57,329 bases of DNA, from assembly GCA_024421095.1 (NCBI GenBank), contig JAHQYM010000004.1:1-57329 (forward strand), read 5' to 3'. The notes below the pieces were generated by a model. That model did not search any database and was not told where the DNA came from. It saw nothing but the letters and a program-made list of their open reading frames with translations. Below are positions 38,943 through 49,435 of this stretch, piece by piece. Made by a program: the position numbers and the translations under genes. The first letter of the stretch is position 1; each line of letters opens with the position of its first letter. The stretch is from Acidimicrobiia bacterium (GTDB lineage: Bacteria; Actinomycetota; Acidimicrobiia; Acidimicrobiales; Aldehydirespiratoraceae).

Positions 38943-39689
38943 CTAAGGTGCAGGAGTCCAATTTTGGTCGGGTTTTGATTGAAGGTCAGGTGGACTCGAT
39001 TCAGGAAATCTGGGTGGCGGATCAGCGTATACGGAAACTTGTGAAGTTTCGGTTAGCTCAAGGTCTATGTTGATAGCCTTCGTGGGTTCGGGATCCTCAG
39101 CGCTGGCGTGAGTGAACTCATCGGCAGTGAATAATTGGGAATATGGATCGCTCCGTCTTCGGTTGTTGAGTAGCACATTGCCGACAACATTGGCTAAACC
39201 GACCAGAAAAATCAAGTCGCCGATAGATAGCACTTGTTCGATCCAGCGAACCGGAAATGTGTCACCCAAGAAACCAAGTAAGGTGTCGCCGTCGGCAAGT
39301 TCAGTATGACCTGACGTGTAACGGACACCACCTTCTAGTGCTTCGCTGGTGACTATTTCTGCTTCGACTAGGGCGTGTGGCCGAACCGGTGTCTCAAAGT
39401 TGAGGAGAAAAACGAAAAGGTTCAGCGCTAAACCTATTGAGATGATGACCATACCCACTAGATGCAGGTTCATAACCGTGAACACAAAGGCAGTAGCAAG
39501 AGCCACGAAAGCGATTACGCCTTGTCGGTCTATGTTGGTCAGGGTCACAACCAGAGCGCACAACACTGCAGAGGCTAGGAACTCAGGATGGTAGATGCGT
39601 GTGTCGAGGATGGCTCTCAAGGTGCCGCCGCGGATTACCCCAACGATGGCACCGATAATCAGGGCCAATACCAGAACAGGGATTGTCAT
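38943..39689 (-). CDS. DUF5317-like membrane protein
   Basis: GLALNLFV..LN, LGFLGDTFP and SIGDLI. Confidence 0.7.
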   Translation of the reverse strand: MTIPVLVLALIIGAIVGVIRGGTLRAILDTRIYHPEFLASAVLCALVVTLTNIDRQGVIAFVALATAFVFTVMNLHLVGMVIISIGLALNLFVFLLNFETPVRPHALVEAEIVTSEALEGGVRYTSGHTELADGDTLLGFLGDTFPVRWIEQVLSIGDLIFLVGLANVVGNVLLNNRRRSDPYSQLFTADEFTHASAEDPEPTKAINIDLELTETSQVSVYADPPPRFPESSPPDLQSKPDQNWTPAP

Positions 39690-39788
39690 TGTTGTCCTCT
39701 CGGTTTCGCTTGCATTGCAACGGTTAGCTCCACACTAGCCGTTCAAGCGGTGAACTCGGCAGTGCTGCTGTAGTTGTTGATAGAAGCG

Positions 39789-40397
39789 CTACCAGCCAGA
39801 TTGGTGGGCATTTCCGACTAGTGCTTCTCCATCAAAACGTTCGACCCAGCAATGGATTTGGCGGTAGCGGGTATTGTCGCCCTCGAAGTTCGTTTTGTTG
39901 GGTGTGATCACGCCGATACCCAACTCCGACAGTTCGTAGCTGCTGCCAACCCAGAATTCAAACTCTCGGTAACAAGATTGCACAGCAAAGTCTTCCATGA
40001 TGTCGTCACCCGGATAGATTGATGGATGCGGAGCTGGATAGTTTAACGTGAAATAGATTTGATGATCATGTGGCAAGTCACAGTTTATGAGACTCGTGAT
40101 GACAACTGATTTGCCGGCTTGTAGGCTCTCGAGCCGATTGAAACAATCCCCCACAGTTAGTGAGTACTGATTGACTATGGCACCCCGAATTTGGGGAATG
40201 GTCGTGTCGGTTTGTGCGTCAGCGTTAGCTGATCTTGAGGTGGTTTGGTTGGGGGGAGCGTTTTCTTCGGCATTGAGCCGTTCCGAAACGTACTCGGCTG
40301 GGTCATCCAACGTGGGTGGCTCGCCAGCATCGTTACTGCAAGCGAGGACGACAAAGGCCATAACGCAAAGCTGGCAAAGCAACATTTTCATTACCAC
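39789..40397 (-). CDS. Septum_form-family lipoprotein
   Basis: Lipobox VLAC, VGDCF, C..PH..Q and R..C cysteine pattern. Confidence 0.7.
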   Translation of the reverse strand: MVMKMLLCQLCVMAFVVLACSNDAGEPPTLDDPAEYVSERLNAEENAPPNQTTSRSANADAQTDTTIPQIRGAIVNQYSLTVGDCFNRLESLQAGKSVVITSLINCDLPHDHQIYFTLNYPAPHPSIYPGDDIMEDFAVQSCYREFEFWVGSSYELSELGIGVITPNKTNFEGDNTRYRQIHCWVERFDGEALVGNAHQSGW

Positions 40398-40477
40398 GAT
40401 GCTAGACCTTGATGTGCGACTGCGGATGCTTGAGTTATGCGCCCACCGCGAGCGATTTCTGTCGGTAACGTTTAGTT

Positions 40478-41155
40478 GTGCCTATTGTGGAGTTGCGTGA
40501 TGTGGTCGTTTTGCTGGGTAGGTTTCCTGCCCTCAGTGGCCTGAATCTTTCGCTGAACAGAGCCGAAGTGGTGCTGCTGCAAGGGCCGAATGGCGCAGGC
40601 AAATCAACTTTGTTGCGGTTGTGCGGGGGTTTGTTGCGTCCCCATTCGGGTAGTGCAGTGGTGTTGGGTCATGACTTATGCACGGCTCGGGCTGCGCTGC
40701 GTTGTCGTGTGGGGCTTTTGGGCCACGACAGTGCGCTCTATGATGATTTAAGCGTTGTCGAGAATCTAAGGTTTTTTGCTAAGGCTGCAAGACTTCCGCC
40801 TCAAACGGTAGTTGCGGCGCTGGATCGTTTGGAGTTGTCCCGGCAGCTACATTCCGTGCCGGTGAGGCAACTTTCGGCAGGTCAAAGGCGGCGAGTGGCG
40901 TTAGCGACTGTGGTGCTGCGCCGTCCCGAATTATGGCTACTTGATGAACCCCATGCCGGTCTTGATCAAGAGGCGCGGAATCTGCTGGACGAACTAGTTG
41001 CTCAAGCGGTGTCTGCTGGGGCCACCGTGATAGTGGCATCTCACGATCATGAACGCACACTCAACTTGGCAACCCGCACGGTTACCATTGTTGGCGGGGC
41101 CGTGGCCACTCAAGCACAAACCGCTGCGGATACCTCTTCGAATCGGCGCTTGTGA
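40478..41155 (+). CDS. ccmA: Heme exporter ATP-binding protein
   Basis: GPNGAGKST, LSAGQRRR and WLLDEP. First gene of the ccm operon. Confidence 0.9.
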   Translation: MPIVELRDVVVLLGRFPALSGLNLSLNRAEVVLLQGPNGAGKSTLLRLCGGLLRPHSGSAVVLGHDLCTARAALRCRVGLLGHDSALYDDLSVVENLRFFAKAARLPPQTVVAALDRLELSRQLHSVPVRQLSAGQRRRVALATVVLRRPELWLLDEPHAGLDQEARNLLDELVAQAVSAGATVIVASHDHERTLNLATRTVTIVGGAVATQAQTAADTSSNRRL

Positions 41156-41823
41156 TGCTCGCGGATGTCTGGTTGGTGACCAACAAAGACCTTAGGATTG
41201 AGTGGCGTTCACGCGTTACCTTCAATCAAGTTGTGCCTTTTGCTCTGATTGTCTTGGTGCTTTTTGGTTTCGCGCTAGACACGAACCGAGCAGTTCTGCG
41301 AGCAGCCACCTCTGGCGTGTTTTGGTTGACGGTGCTGTTCGTGGCGGTAGTGGCGGTGACGCGATCAACAATGATCGAAATCTCCGATGGTGCTCGCCGC
41401 GCCCTGCTTTTGGGAGGCATTGAACCGGTGGCGATCTATTTTGGGAAGACGTTAGCTATTGCGATCCAACTGTTTGGAGTTGAGTTGTTGATGGTGGGTG
41501 GAGTGATATTTTTTTTCGACGCAACGATTGCATCTTGGCCGCTGCTCTTGGCCACTTGCGTGGTAGCAACTTGGTGTGTTGCTGCGAGTGGTACGTTGCT
41601 TGGTGCTTTGGTGGCAAATGTTGCGGCGCGAGACACCGTTTTGCCGATATTGTTGTTGCCGGTGTTGGCTCCGGTGCTGATCGCCGCTTCGCGGGCTTTT
41701 GATGATGCGCTTGGGGTGTTGGTTGTTGATGGTTGGGTTTGGCTTGGGTTGTTGGCAGCTTTTGGGATAGTGAACGCAACGCTTGGAACATTGGCTTACG
41801 GTACTTTGTTGGAGGAAGCCTGA
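41155..41823 (+). CDS. ccmB: Heme exporter protein B
   Basis: KDLRIEWR and LLPILLLP-like motif, multi-TM. Confidence 0.88.
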   Translation: MLADVWLVTNKDLRIEWRSRVTFNQVVPFALIVLVLFGFALDTNRAVLRAATSGVFWLTVLFVAVVAVTRSTMIEISDGARRALLLGGIEPVAIYFGKTLAIAIQLFGVELLMVGGVIFFFDATIASWPLLLATCVVATWCVAASGTLLGALVANVAARDTVLPILLLPVLAPVLIAASRAFDDALGVLVVDGWVWLGLLAAFGIVNATLGTLAYGTLLEEA

Positions 41824-41826
41824 ACT

Positions 41827-42594
41827 ATGAAAAATATTGCTACTAGTGTTGATGCTGCAACTACCAAGAGTCGCGCTACGCAAATCTTGGGTTTTGTGGT
41901 TCTGTTCGGGGTTTTGGCGCTGATCCTACTCGGGTTTTTTGCCGCTCCTGAAGATGACGAGCAGCGTGATGCTGTGCGTATGATATTTGTTCATGTGCCG
42001 TCAGCGTTTTTGACGTATGCGGCTTTTTCTGTAACCGCTGCCGGTTCGTTGATGTGGTTATGGAAACGTTCTCGGTGGTGGGATATCGTGGCCCATTCGG
42101 CTGCGGAGATTGGTGTGATTTTCTGTGGTTTGACTTTGTTTACTGGCTCGGTTTGGGGTCGACCTACGTGGAACACTTACTGGGATTGGGGGGATGTCCG
42201 CTTGGTCACCACTCTGATTCTGTTTTTGATGATGGTTGGCTACTTGGCTCTGCGCGCTGCTGGAGGCGAGGAAAACGCGGTTGCTACCCGTGCCGCGGTA
42301 GTGGGTCTCTTAGCGGCTGTCAACATCCCGATCATCAATCGGTCGGTGGAATGGTGGGCTAATCGCACACTTCATCAACGCTCTTCTTTGACTGACGGTA
42401 ACCTTGAAGATCTGACGTTGTTCACGCTTGTGGTTGGCATTGTGGTGTGGGTTCTGTTTTTCGTTTGGGCGATGATTCATCGTTTCCGTATTGGTTGGTT
42501 AGAGCACCAACTTCGGGACATCGAGTTGCAAGCTGCTATCGCTGGGCGCCGTGCCGAAACTGCTAATGATCCAACGGGGGGATCGTTGCCATGA
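41827..42594 (+). CDS. ccmC: Heme exporter protein C
   Basis: HVPSA, WGRPTWNTYWDWGDVRL (WWD domain) and WW..TLHQ. Confidence 0.92.
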   Translation: MKNIATSVDAATTKSRATQILGFVVLFGVLALILLGFFAAPEDDEQRDAVRMIFVHVPSAFLTYAAFSVTAAGSLMWLWKRSRWWDIVAHSAAEIGVIFCGLTLFTGSVWGRPTWNTYWDWGDVRLVTTLILFLMMVGYLALRAAGGEENAVATRAAVVGLLAAVNIPIINRSVEWWANRTLHQRSSLTDGNLEDLTLFTLVVGIVVWVLFFVWAMIHRFRIGWLEHQLRDIELQAAIAGRRAETANDPTGGSLP

Positions 42595-42755
42595 CACATC
42601 TTGGTTATCTGTTAGTGGGTTGGAGCGTCAGTCTTGGTTGCGGTGTGCTCTATGCCATGCGGATTGCGTTTCGTGGCCGAGTGTTGTCACGCCAAGTTCC
42701 GGCAGACAAACGGCGTTGGATGCAGAGCAGCGACCACAGCAACAATGACTACTGA
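42591..42755 (+). CDS. ccmD: Heme exporter protein D (54 aa, missed by the ORF track)
   Basis: ATGA overlap with the ccmC stop. MTHLGYLLVGWSVSLGCGVLYAMRIAFRGRVLSRQ..., one TM helix plus a basic tail, between ccmC and ccmE. Confidence 0.75.
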   Translation: MTHLGYLLVGWSVSLGCGVLYAMRIAFRGRVLSRQVPADKRRWMQSSDHSNNDY

Positions 42756-43290
42756 TCTCACCCCGCTCCCGCCTCGACCACGCTATGCGCGCCGAACCGC
42801 GGGGCTTGCGGTGACGGTAGCACTCGTGGCCACAGCTGCCGTTGCGGTACTAGTTGTCAACCTTGTTGGAGGCACCCTGTATTTCTACAATGCTGATGAA
42901 GCTGTTGAGGAACGCGCCAGCATTGGTGATAGACGTTTCACTCTGCAAGGAACACCGATTGGTTGTTCGATTGTTGAAGGCTTGAGTGGCAACGAATCGG
43001 TAGTTGCCTTTAGCGTGATGTTTGCTGGGACTGCGGTTGATGTGGTGCATTTTGGCGACCCAGCCGAACTGTTCCAAGCAGATGTTTCTGTGGTGCTTGA
43101 CGGTGGTTGGGTTGAGCAATCACCCCAAGTTGCAGGGTTCGCTCCTCTCGCCAACGATGGTTGGCATTTCGCTTCAGACCGTATGCGTGTCAAACACGAC
43201 AACGATTACATCAACCGCGAAGGTTACGATGAACGGTTAGCGCGCAGTGCCGAGGCGGGAGGTTCAACCGAGGTGGTTTGCGAGGCGTGA
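42745..43290 (+). CDS. ccmE: Heme chaperone
   Basis: TM helix, YF, PAELF and KHDNDY (HxxxY). Confidence 0.88.
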   Translation: MTTDLTPLPPRPRYARRTAGLAVTVALVATAAVAVLVVNLVGGTLYFYNADEAVEERASIGDRRFTLQGTPIGCSIVEGLSGNESVVAFSVMFAGTAVDVVHFGDPAELFQADVSVVLDGGWVEQSPQVAGFAPLANDGWHFASDRMRVKHDNDYINREGYDERLARSAEAGGSTEVVCEA

Positions 43291-45275
43291 GCAACGCCAC
43301 GCTAGGCACGTTGTTGGTCACTCTCGGGGCGGTTAGCGCTCTTTGTGGCGTGGTGTTGGGAGTGTTCGCTTTATTTGGATGGCGGGTGAACTTCTGGCGC
43401 GCCTGCACGCTTTTGGTGGGTGCGATGATGGCCGCTGCTTTAGGTGCGGTGCTGGTAATGGAACGAGCGTTGATTACCCGCGACTTCACGGTCGCCTTTG
43501 TGGCTCAAAATGGTTCTTCGCGTACGCCGCCACTGTTCAATGTGGCAACGTTGTGGTCGGCACTTGAAGGCTCAATATTGTTGTGGACTCTGGTTCTTTG
43601 CGGCTACGTGTTGGCGGTAGTAGTGAAGTTTAATAGCCGCCGCCACGACCCGATGATGGCACCAGTGATGTTGACATTGTTCGTGGTGTGTGCCTTTTTC
43701 TTTTTGGTGATGGTCGGGCCGGCGCAACCGTTTATTGCATTTGATCCGTTGCCACTTCCTAACGGTCAACCTTTTGATGGACCTGGCCCTAACCCTTTGC
43801 TTCAGAACCATATTCTGATGGCTTTTCATCCACCTATTCTTTATCTGGGTTATGTGGGTTTTACAGTTCCGTTTGCTTTCGCGATGGCGGCTTTGGTAAC
43901 TGGCCGGGTGGGTGAGGGTTGGCTATTGGCAACACGGCGGTGGACCGTAATGGCTTGGGGTTTTTTGACTTCTGGGGTGATTCTCGGTGCGTGGTGGAGT
44001 TACGAAACGCTTGGTTGGGGCGGTTACTGGGGTTGGGATCCGGTAGAGAATGTTTCGCTTCTGCCGTGGCTTACTGGTACCGCGTTTATCCATTCGGTGA
44101 TGGTGCAGGAGCGACGACCGATGTTACGGGTTTGGAATCTGTCGTTGGTGATTGCCACATTCTCGTTGACGATTCTGGGCACGTTCATCACTCGCTCTGG
44201 GGCATTGGAATCGGTTCACGCTTTTGTGGAGTCAGGTATCGGCCCCTGGTTTTTGGCTTTTTTCGCTTTGATAGTGGCAGTTTCGTTGGCTTTGATTGTT
44301 TGGCGCGGTGATGTATTGCGTTCACCGGGGCGTATCGATTCGCCGTTGTCACGAGAAGGTGCGTTCTTGTTAAACAATGTAGTCTTCGCGGTTTTTGCCT
44401 TTGTGGTGTTGTTGGGAACGATTTTTCCTTTGATTGTGGAAGCTGTGAACGGGAGCAGGCTTTCTGTAGGTAGCCCATATTTCGAGCGTATGACTATGCC
44501 GATTGGTTTCGTTTTGTTATTTTTGATGGCGGTTGCGCCAGTGTTGCCCTGGCGCAAAGCCTCGTCGGGAGTTCTGAGTCGGCGTTTGATCTGGCCTGCG
44601 TGGTTGGGTGTCGCGGCTATTTTGTTGAGTGTGTTGTTGGGTGCTCGTGGTGCTGCACCGTTGCTGGCGTTTGGGCTTGGGGGTTTTGCTGGGGGCGCGG
44701 CTCTGCGACAGCTTGTCTTGTCGACTCGCCGTGCGGGTTTGCGTGGTCTGATAGGTCGAACAAATGGCGGGATGATCGTGCATCTTGGCGTGGTTTTGGT
44801 GGCGGTTGCTTTGGCGGCGAGCAACTCATATGTGCGTCAAGAAACCTTTGAATTGTCTACCGGCGATACAGCAGAGTTGGCGGGACATACGTTTACTTTC
44901 GTTGGGACTGATCTAGTTGAATACGAAAACCGAGTGGAACGCCAAGCCGGGGTGCGTGTTGATGGTGGTCAGGTTTATGCGCCGGCGATTGCTGTTTATG
45001 ATTTTGCTGGTCGTTTGATAGGTATTCCTTCAGTGCGTTCCACGTTGACTGATGATGTGGCTTTGTCGATTGCGAATTTGTCTGATGATGGCCAGACGGT
45101 GTCTTTGCGGGTGACTGTGCAGCCGTTGGTCGTGTGGTTGTGGATTGGCGGGTTGGTGATGGCCGTGGGTACTTTGTTGGCGATTATTCCAGGTTCGCGG
45201 CGCACTTCGCTAATGGCTGGTGCAGTGCCGCATGGGGTTGTGCAAACGCCTCTTGAGCAGCCGTTGAATCGATGA
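43287..45275 (+). CDS. ccmF: Cytochrome c heme lyase
   Basis: NPLLQ, HPPILYLGY, LGWGGYWGWDPVEN and SVHAF. Confidence 0.95.
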   Translation: MSNATLGTLLVTLGAVSALCGVVLGVFALFGWRVNFWRACTLLVGAMMAAALGAVLVMERALITRDFTVAFVAQNGSSRTPPLFNVATLWSALEGSILLWTLVLCGYVLAVVVKFNSRRHDPMMAPVMLTLFVVCAFFFLVMVGPAQPFIAFDPLPLPNGQPFDGPGPNPLLQNHILMAFHPPILYLGYVGFTVPFAFAMAALVTGRVGEGWLLATRRWTVMAWGFLTSGVILGAWWSYETLGWGGYWGWDPVENVSLLPWLTGTAFIHSVMVQERRPMLRVWNLSLVIATFSLTILGTFITRSGALESVHAFVESGIGPWFLAFFALIVAVSLALIVWRGDVLRSPGRIDSPLSREGAFLLNNVVFAVFAFVVLLGTIFPLIVEAVNGSRLSVGSPYFERMTMPIGFVLLFLMAVAPVLPWRKASSGVLSRRLIWPAWLGVAAILLSVLLGARGAAPLLAFGLGGFAGGAALRQLVLSTRRAGLRGLIGRTNGGMIVHLGVVLVAVALAASNSYVRQETFELSTGDTAELAGHTFTFVGTDLVEYENRVERQAGVRVDGGQVYAPAIAVYDFAGRLIGIPSVRSTLTDDVALSIANLSDDGQTVSLRVTVQPLVVWLWIGGLVMAVGTLLAIIPGSRRTSLMAGAVPHGVVQTPLEQPLNR

Positions 45276-45826
45276 CCACCCAAGCACCTAATCGCGCCGC
45301 GTGGATTGTTGCGCCAGTAGCGGTTGTGTTGTGTTTGTTGATGCTCTTGCTCGCAACCCGTGCTCCCGGGTCGACAAACCTTAATGCAGTGGTGGGTAAA
45401 GGCAAGCTCGCTCCGTCTCTTGCGGGTCAGACCCTTGATGGTGAAGTGTTTGACTTGGACGCGCACCGCGGTCGTTTCGTGGTGGTCAACTTCTTTTCGA
45501 CCACATGCGTTCCCTGCATCCGTGAACATCCAGAACTCGTGAGTTTTCATGAGCGTTACGCGCCGAGCGGTTTTGCTGAGGTCGTCTCGGTGGCTTTTGA
45601 CGACAGCGCCGCGAATGTGGCTGCTTTTTTTACTAAATACGGTGGCGATTGGCCAGTGATCGCGCAAGATACCGGTTCGATTGCGGTGAGCTACGGCGTG
45701 GCTTTGGTGCCTGAAAGCGTGCTTGTCGCCGATAACGGCGAGGTGATCGACAAATTGGTGGGGGGAGTGACTGCGAGCCAACTCGAGTCGGTCATCGCCA
45801 CGTATTTGGAAAGTTCGCAAACGTGA
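45272..45826 (+). CDS. ccmG: TlpA/CcmG thiol-disulfide oxidoreductase
   Basis: VVNFFSTTCVPC and YGV..VPES. Confidence 0.85.
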   Translation: MTTQAPNRAAWIVAPVAVVLCLLMLLLATRAPGSTNLNAVVGKGKLAPSLAGQTLDGEVFDLDAHRGRFVVVNFFSTTCVPCIREHPELVSFHERYAPSGFAEVVSVAFDDSAANVAAFFTKYGGDWPVIAQDTGSIAVSYGVALVPESVLVADNGEVIDKLVGGVTASQLESVIATYLESSQT

Positions 45827-46356
45827 AGCACTCGGTATTGGCAGCGTTTCGCCACGGCATCACGCCACGTTTGTTGTCTTGGTTAGGCGTGTTCTTAGTT
45901 GGTGTGTCGGCATTTTTGTACGGTGCATTAGCTGAAGGTGCGCCGCGTACTGATGCCGACCGCGTTTATGCCCTAGCGCAGAACTTTGGTTGCCCAGTAT
46001 GTGACGGGCAGTCGGTCGCGGAATCCGATTCGGTGGTGGCTCGCAACATCCGCGCACAGATTGCGCGGCGGGTAGATCAAGGCCGAAGCAACGATGCAAT
46101 CATCGCCGAACTCGAAACAGCATTTCCCGGGAACGACTACACGCCTGGCGCAACTGGCTTGTCTAGTTTGGTTTGGATTCTCCCAGTTGTGGCGAGCGTT
46201 GCTGGTCTTAGCGGGCTATTTTTCGTTTTTCTGCGTTGGCAACGAGAAACCCAATCCATCGCAACTCCCGTTGACGAAAAGCTAGTCACCGAATGGTTGA
46301 GTGATGCAACCACCACAACGGCACCAACCGGTGCAACCGAACCGGGCGATGTCTGA
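45823..46356 (+). CDS. ccmH: Cytochrome c biogenesis protein CcmH
   Basis: CPVCDGQSVAESDS and LVWILP. Confidence 0.88.
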   Translation: MKHSVLAAFRHGITPRLLSWLGVFLVGVSAFLYGALAEGAPRTDADRVYALAQNFGCPVCDGQSVAESDSVVARNIRAQIARRVDQGRSNDAIIAELETAFPGNDYTPGATGLSSLVWILPVVASVAGLSGLFFVFLRWQRETQSIATPVDEKLVTEWLSDATTTTAPTGATEPGDV

Positions 46357-47485
46357 GAGTCATCAAGACAGATTTTCTCGGGAACAAGAATTCTTGGTGA
46401 CCTCATTAGCCGACCTTGAAACGCAGTATTCTGCGGGTGAATTGAGCGGCGAGGATTACGATCTGCTGAAGTCTCAATACGTGGCTCGCATCGCTCGCAC
46501 TATCGGTGCTCATGAGGAAACCGCGGCAACTCACGCTAGGAGCGAAAGGCACTGGCCGGCGTTAGCGCTGTGGTTCTTGGGGATGGTGTTGTTGGCGACG
46601 GTTGCGGGAATAATGTTGGCCACGTTTTCTGGTAGCCGCGGGGTTAACGATCAGATAACTGGCGGTATCCGTGAATCGGTGCGTTCGCGCCTCTTTGACG
46701 CGCGTGAGGCGATGGGTAACCAAGATCTAGGCCAAGCGATCGCCATCTATGATGATGTGTTGCGAGATGAACCGTCTAATGCTGAGGCGTTGGCCTATCG
46801 CGGTTGGCTCGCCAATCTCACTGGTGAAACAGTGGTGGCGCGTGAATTTGTTGAACGAGCCATTGCTGTAGACCCTAGCCTCCCAGACGCTCGTGTGTTC
46901 GCGGCATCGCTGTTGTTGGCGGCTGGGGAACCCTTAGCGGCAAGCGATCAACTGCGCACACTCGACCGCATTGATAGTCCACCTTTTATTGGTCAACTAG
47001 TCGAGTCGCAGCAGTTAGACATCAATGTTGCTATTGCCGCAGGTGAAGCGGCCGCAATGCTCACGGCACCGTTACTTGCAGGCACCACCTTTGACTCAAC
47101 AGAAATTCCAGTCCGCTACGTGGTAGCTGCAGCGGAACATCTTGCGGCAACTCGGCAGCTAAGTGAAGGCTTGAATCTGTTCAAGGCGATGCTTGCAACG
47201 TCGGCCGACGATCCAGAGGTGTTAGTTGCTTTCGCATGGTTTCTGGCTCGTGCTTCAGGCGGGGTCGATGCTGGTGTCAACGAAGCGCGCGCATACTTAG
47301 ATAGGCTTATCGAAGCCGACCCCAACAACCCTGAGGCGTTGGTTTATCGGGCGTTTGTTCTGCAGAAACTCGAAGAACCTGAAGCCGCGTTAGCTGACCT
47401 TGAGGCTTACGATGCACTAGGAGTGGTGCGCCGTGACCTTGATCGATTGTTGACTAATCAAGGCCTACGCGAGGCACTCAGTTAG
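46349..47485 (+). CDS. CcmI-like TPR membrane protein
   Basis: SLADLE...GELS..DY..L motif, TM helix and TPR repeats. Last gene of the ccm operon. Confidence 0.75.
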   Translation: MSESHQDRFSREQEFLVTSLADLETQYSAGELSGEDYDLLKSQYVARIARTIGAHEETAATHARSERHWPALALWFLGMVLLATVAGIMLATFSGSRGVNDQITGGIRESVRSRLFDAREAMGNQDLGQAIAIYDDVLRDEPSNAEALAYRGWLANLTGETVVAREFVERAIAVDPSLPDARVFAASLLLAAGEPLAASDQLRTLDRIDSPPFIGQLVESQQLDINVAIAAGEAAAMLTAPLLAGTTFDSTEIPVRYVVAAAEHLAATRQLSEGLNLFKAMLATSADDPEVLVAFAWFLARASGGVDAGVNEARAYLDRLIEADPNNPEALVYRAFVLQKLEEPEAALADLEAYDALGVVRRDLDRLLTNQGLREALS

Positions 47486-47511
47486 GCCTTTGTATCGGCT
47501 GAGCGCCGATT

Positions 47512-47979
47512 CTACGGTTGTGCGGTGTAGATGCCTTCGCTGAATTTGGTGCCGTCGACTTTGAGTTCCCAGATGCTGGCCTTGGCGCAACCCCTAGCAC
47601 CGCTCACTTGGAGCCCGGTTCGCAACAGACGGTCGACAGTCCAGCCGATTACGTCACCGTGGCTGCATACCACCAAGTCACCTAGTGCTGCTTGTTCAAG
47701 AAGTAACTCCCAGATTTGTCTGGTGGCGGTTCCTTCTCCAAGTTCGTGGCGCATGTCAAGTTCAAGCGAGTGGCACTCGGCCACGCCGCGAATGGTTTCT
47801 AGGCATCTAGTAGCTGGAGATGACCAGACTGCGCGCACCTCAGCATCAGCGAAGAATGCAGTGATGCGTAGGGCTTGTTGGCGGCCTCTCTCGTCGAGTG
47901 GTCGTTCGTGGTCAGCAAGGTGCCAGCGCTGGCGGTCTCCCGCTGAAGCGTGACGCACAAGAAAAATACTCACTGCCAA
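47512..47979 (-). CDS. Histidine phosphatase family protein (SixA-like)
   Basis: LVRHASA, RPL..RG, SSP..RC..T and CSHG. Confidence 0.85.
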   Translation of the reverse strand: MAVSIFLVRHASAGDRQRWHLADHERPLDERGRQQALRITAFFADAEVRAVWSSPATRCLETIRGVAECHSLELDMRHELGEGTATRQIWELLLEQAALGDLVVCSHGDVIGWTVDRLLRTGLQVSGARGCAKASIWELKVDGTKFSEGIYTAQP

Positions 47980-48019
47980 AGAGTTTATATCGGCGTGTCC
48001 ATCGCTACTCTATTTAGAT

Positions 48020-49159
48020 ATGACCCTCACCGAAGCCCAGATACTCGAGGCATTGCGTCCAGTAGAAGATCCCGAACTCCACCGCAGCATCGTTGATTTA
48101 GGAATGGTGCGTTCCACCACAATCGACGGTGGCCAGGTGCAAGTTGGGATTGATCTCACCATCTCGGGTTGCCCCTTGCGAAACGAAATTCACAGACGAG
48201 TAACCGAAGCGGTCAGCGCGCTTGACGGGGTAAGAGTGGTGACCATCGACTTTGGTGTGATGAGCGACACGCAGAGAGCGCAAGTGCGCCAAATGCTCCA
48301 CGGCGACCCGGCGGCCACCGCCGGTTCGCAGCCAACACACGGCCACTCGCAAGGACGGGCGATCCCTTTTGCTCAACCGGGCAACCGTACGCGCGCCCTG
48401 CTTATCGCTTCAGGCAAAGGTGGTGTGGGCAAATCATCGGTGACCGCCAATCTTGGTATTGCTCTAGCGCAGCGTGGTCATAGCGTGGCTGTGGTTGACG
48501 CTGATGTCTGGGGCTTCTCCATACCGCGGATGCTTGGCGTGCAGCAAGCCCCGACAGTAATTGACGAGATGATTATTCCGCCCACCACGCATGGTGTGCG
48601 CTGCGTGTCTATGGGCTTTTTTGCACGCGAGGACCAACCAGTCATTTGGCGTGGTCCGATGCTGCACAAAGCCCTTGAGCAGTTCCTTACAGATGTTTTC
48701 TGGGATGACCCCGACTATTTGTTGGTTGACCTTCCCCCGGGTACGGGCGACATTTCTTTGTCTTTAGCCCAGTTCCTGCCGAGGTCGGAAGCCTATGTCG
48801 TCACCACTCCGAACCCGGCTGCCCAGAGGGTCGCACAGCGCAGCGCGTTTATGTTTGAACAAGTCAAGATTCAGGTTAAAGCTGTGATAGAAAATATGTC
48901 TTGGTTCACAGGAGATGATGGCAAACGTTATTTGTTGTTCGGTTCGGGGGGAGGTGCTGAACTAGCGAAGCGTCTCAATGTCGATCTTATCGGCCAGATT
49001 CCAATGACCATAGGGTTGCGTGAAGGCTCCGACCATGGGCAGCCAATCACCGCGGTCGACCCGCAAAGTCCACCAGCGGTGGTATTCGCGGAGATGGCAG
49101 AGTGGATCGAAATTCACAAACCGTCAAAGCGCACACACGCGGAACTAGTAATCAATTGA
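48020..49159 (+). CDS. mrp: Mrp/ApbC Fe-S cluster carrier ATPase
   Basis: DPEL..SIVDLG, SGKGGVGKSS, WRGPM, DLPPGTGD and ENMS. Confidence 0.93.
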   Translation: MTLTEAQILEALRPVEDPELHRSIVDLGMVRSTTIDGGQVQVGIDLTISGCPLRNEIHRRVTEAVSALDGVRVVTIDFGVMSDTQRAQVRQMLHGDPAATAGSQPTHGHSQGRAIPFAQPGNRTRALLIASGKGGVGKSSVTANLGIALAQRGHSVAVVDADVWGFSIPRMLGVQQAPTVIDEMIIPPTTHGVRCVSMGFFAREDQPVIWRGPMLHKALEQFLTDVFWDDPDYLLVDLPPGTGDISLSLAQFLPRSEAYVVTTPNPAAQRVAQRSAFMFEQVKIQVKAVIENMSWFTGDDGKRYLLFGSGGGAELAKRLNVDLIGQIPMTIGLREGSDHGQPITAVDPQSPPAVVFAEMAEWIEIHKPSKRTHAELVIN

Positions 49160-49193
49160 TCGCTCAACAGGCTCACACAACGGAGGTGCAACT

Positions 49194-49421
49194 GTGTATA
49201 TTCGTATTGGGGTAACCAACCACGCACACGAGATTTTGGTGCAACTACCCGACAACACCGACCGGCGCTCGGTCAAGGATTCGGTAGACAAGTCGATCGG
49301 CAGCAACACTGCCACGCTCTGGTTGACCGATGCCAAAGGCAAAGAGGTAGCCGTGCTAGGTTCCAATATTGCCTTTGTAGAGCTAGGCCCCGATGCCGGT
49401 AACCCGATCGGTTTCGGTTAG
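49194..49421 (+). CDS. DUF3107 family protein
   Basis: IRIGV....EI, LWLTDAKG and IAFVELG. Confidence 0.8.
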   Translation: MYIRIGVTNHAHEILVQLPDNTDRRSVKDSVDKSIGSNTATLWLTDAKGKEVAVLGSNIAFVELGPDAGNPIGFG

Positions 49422-49435
49422 TTCTTGGGGCCAAC

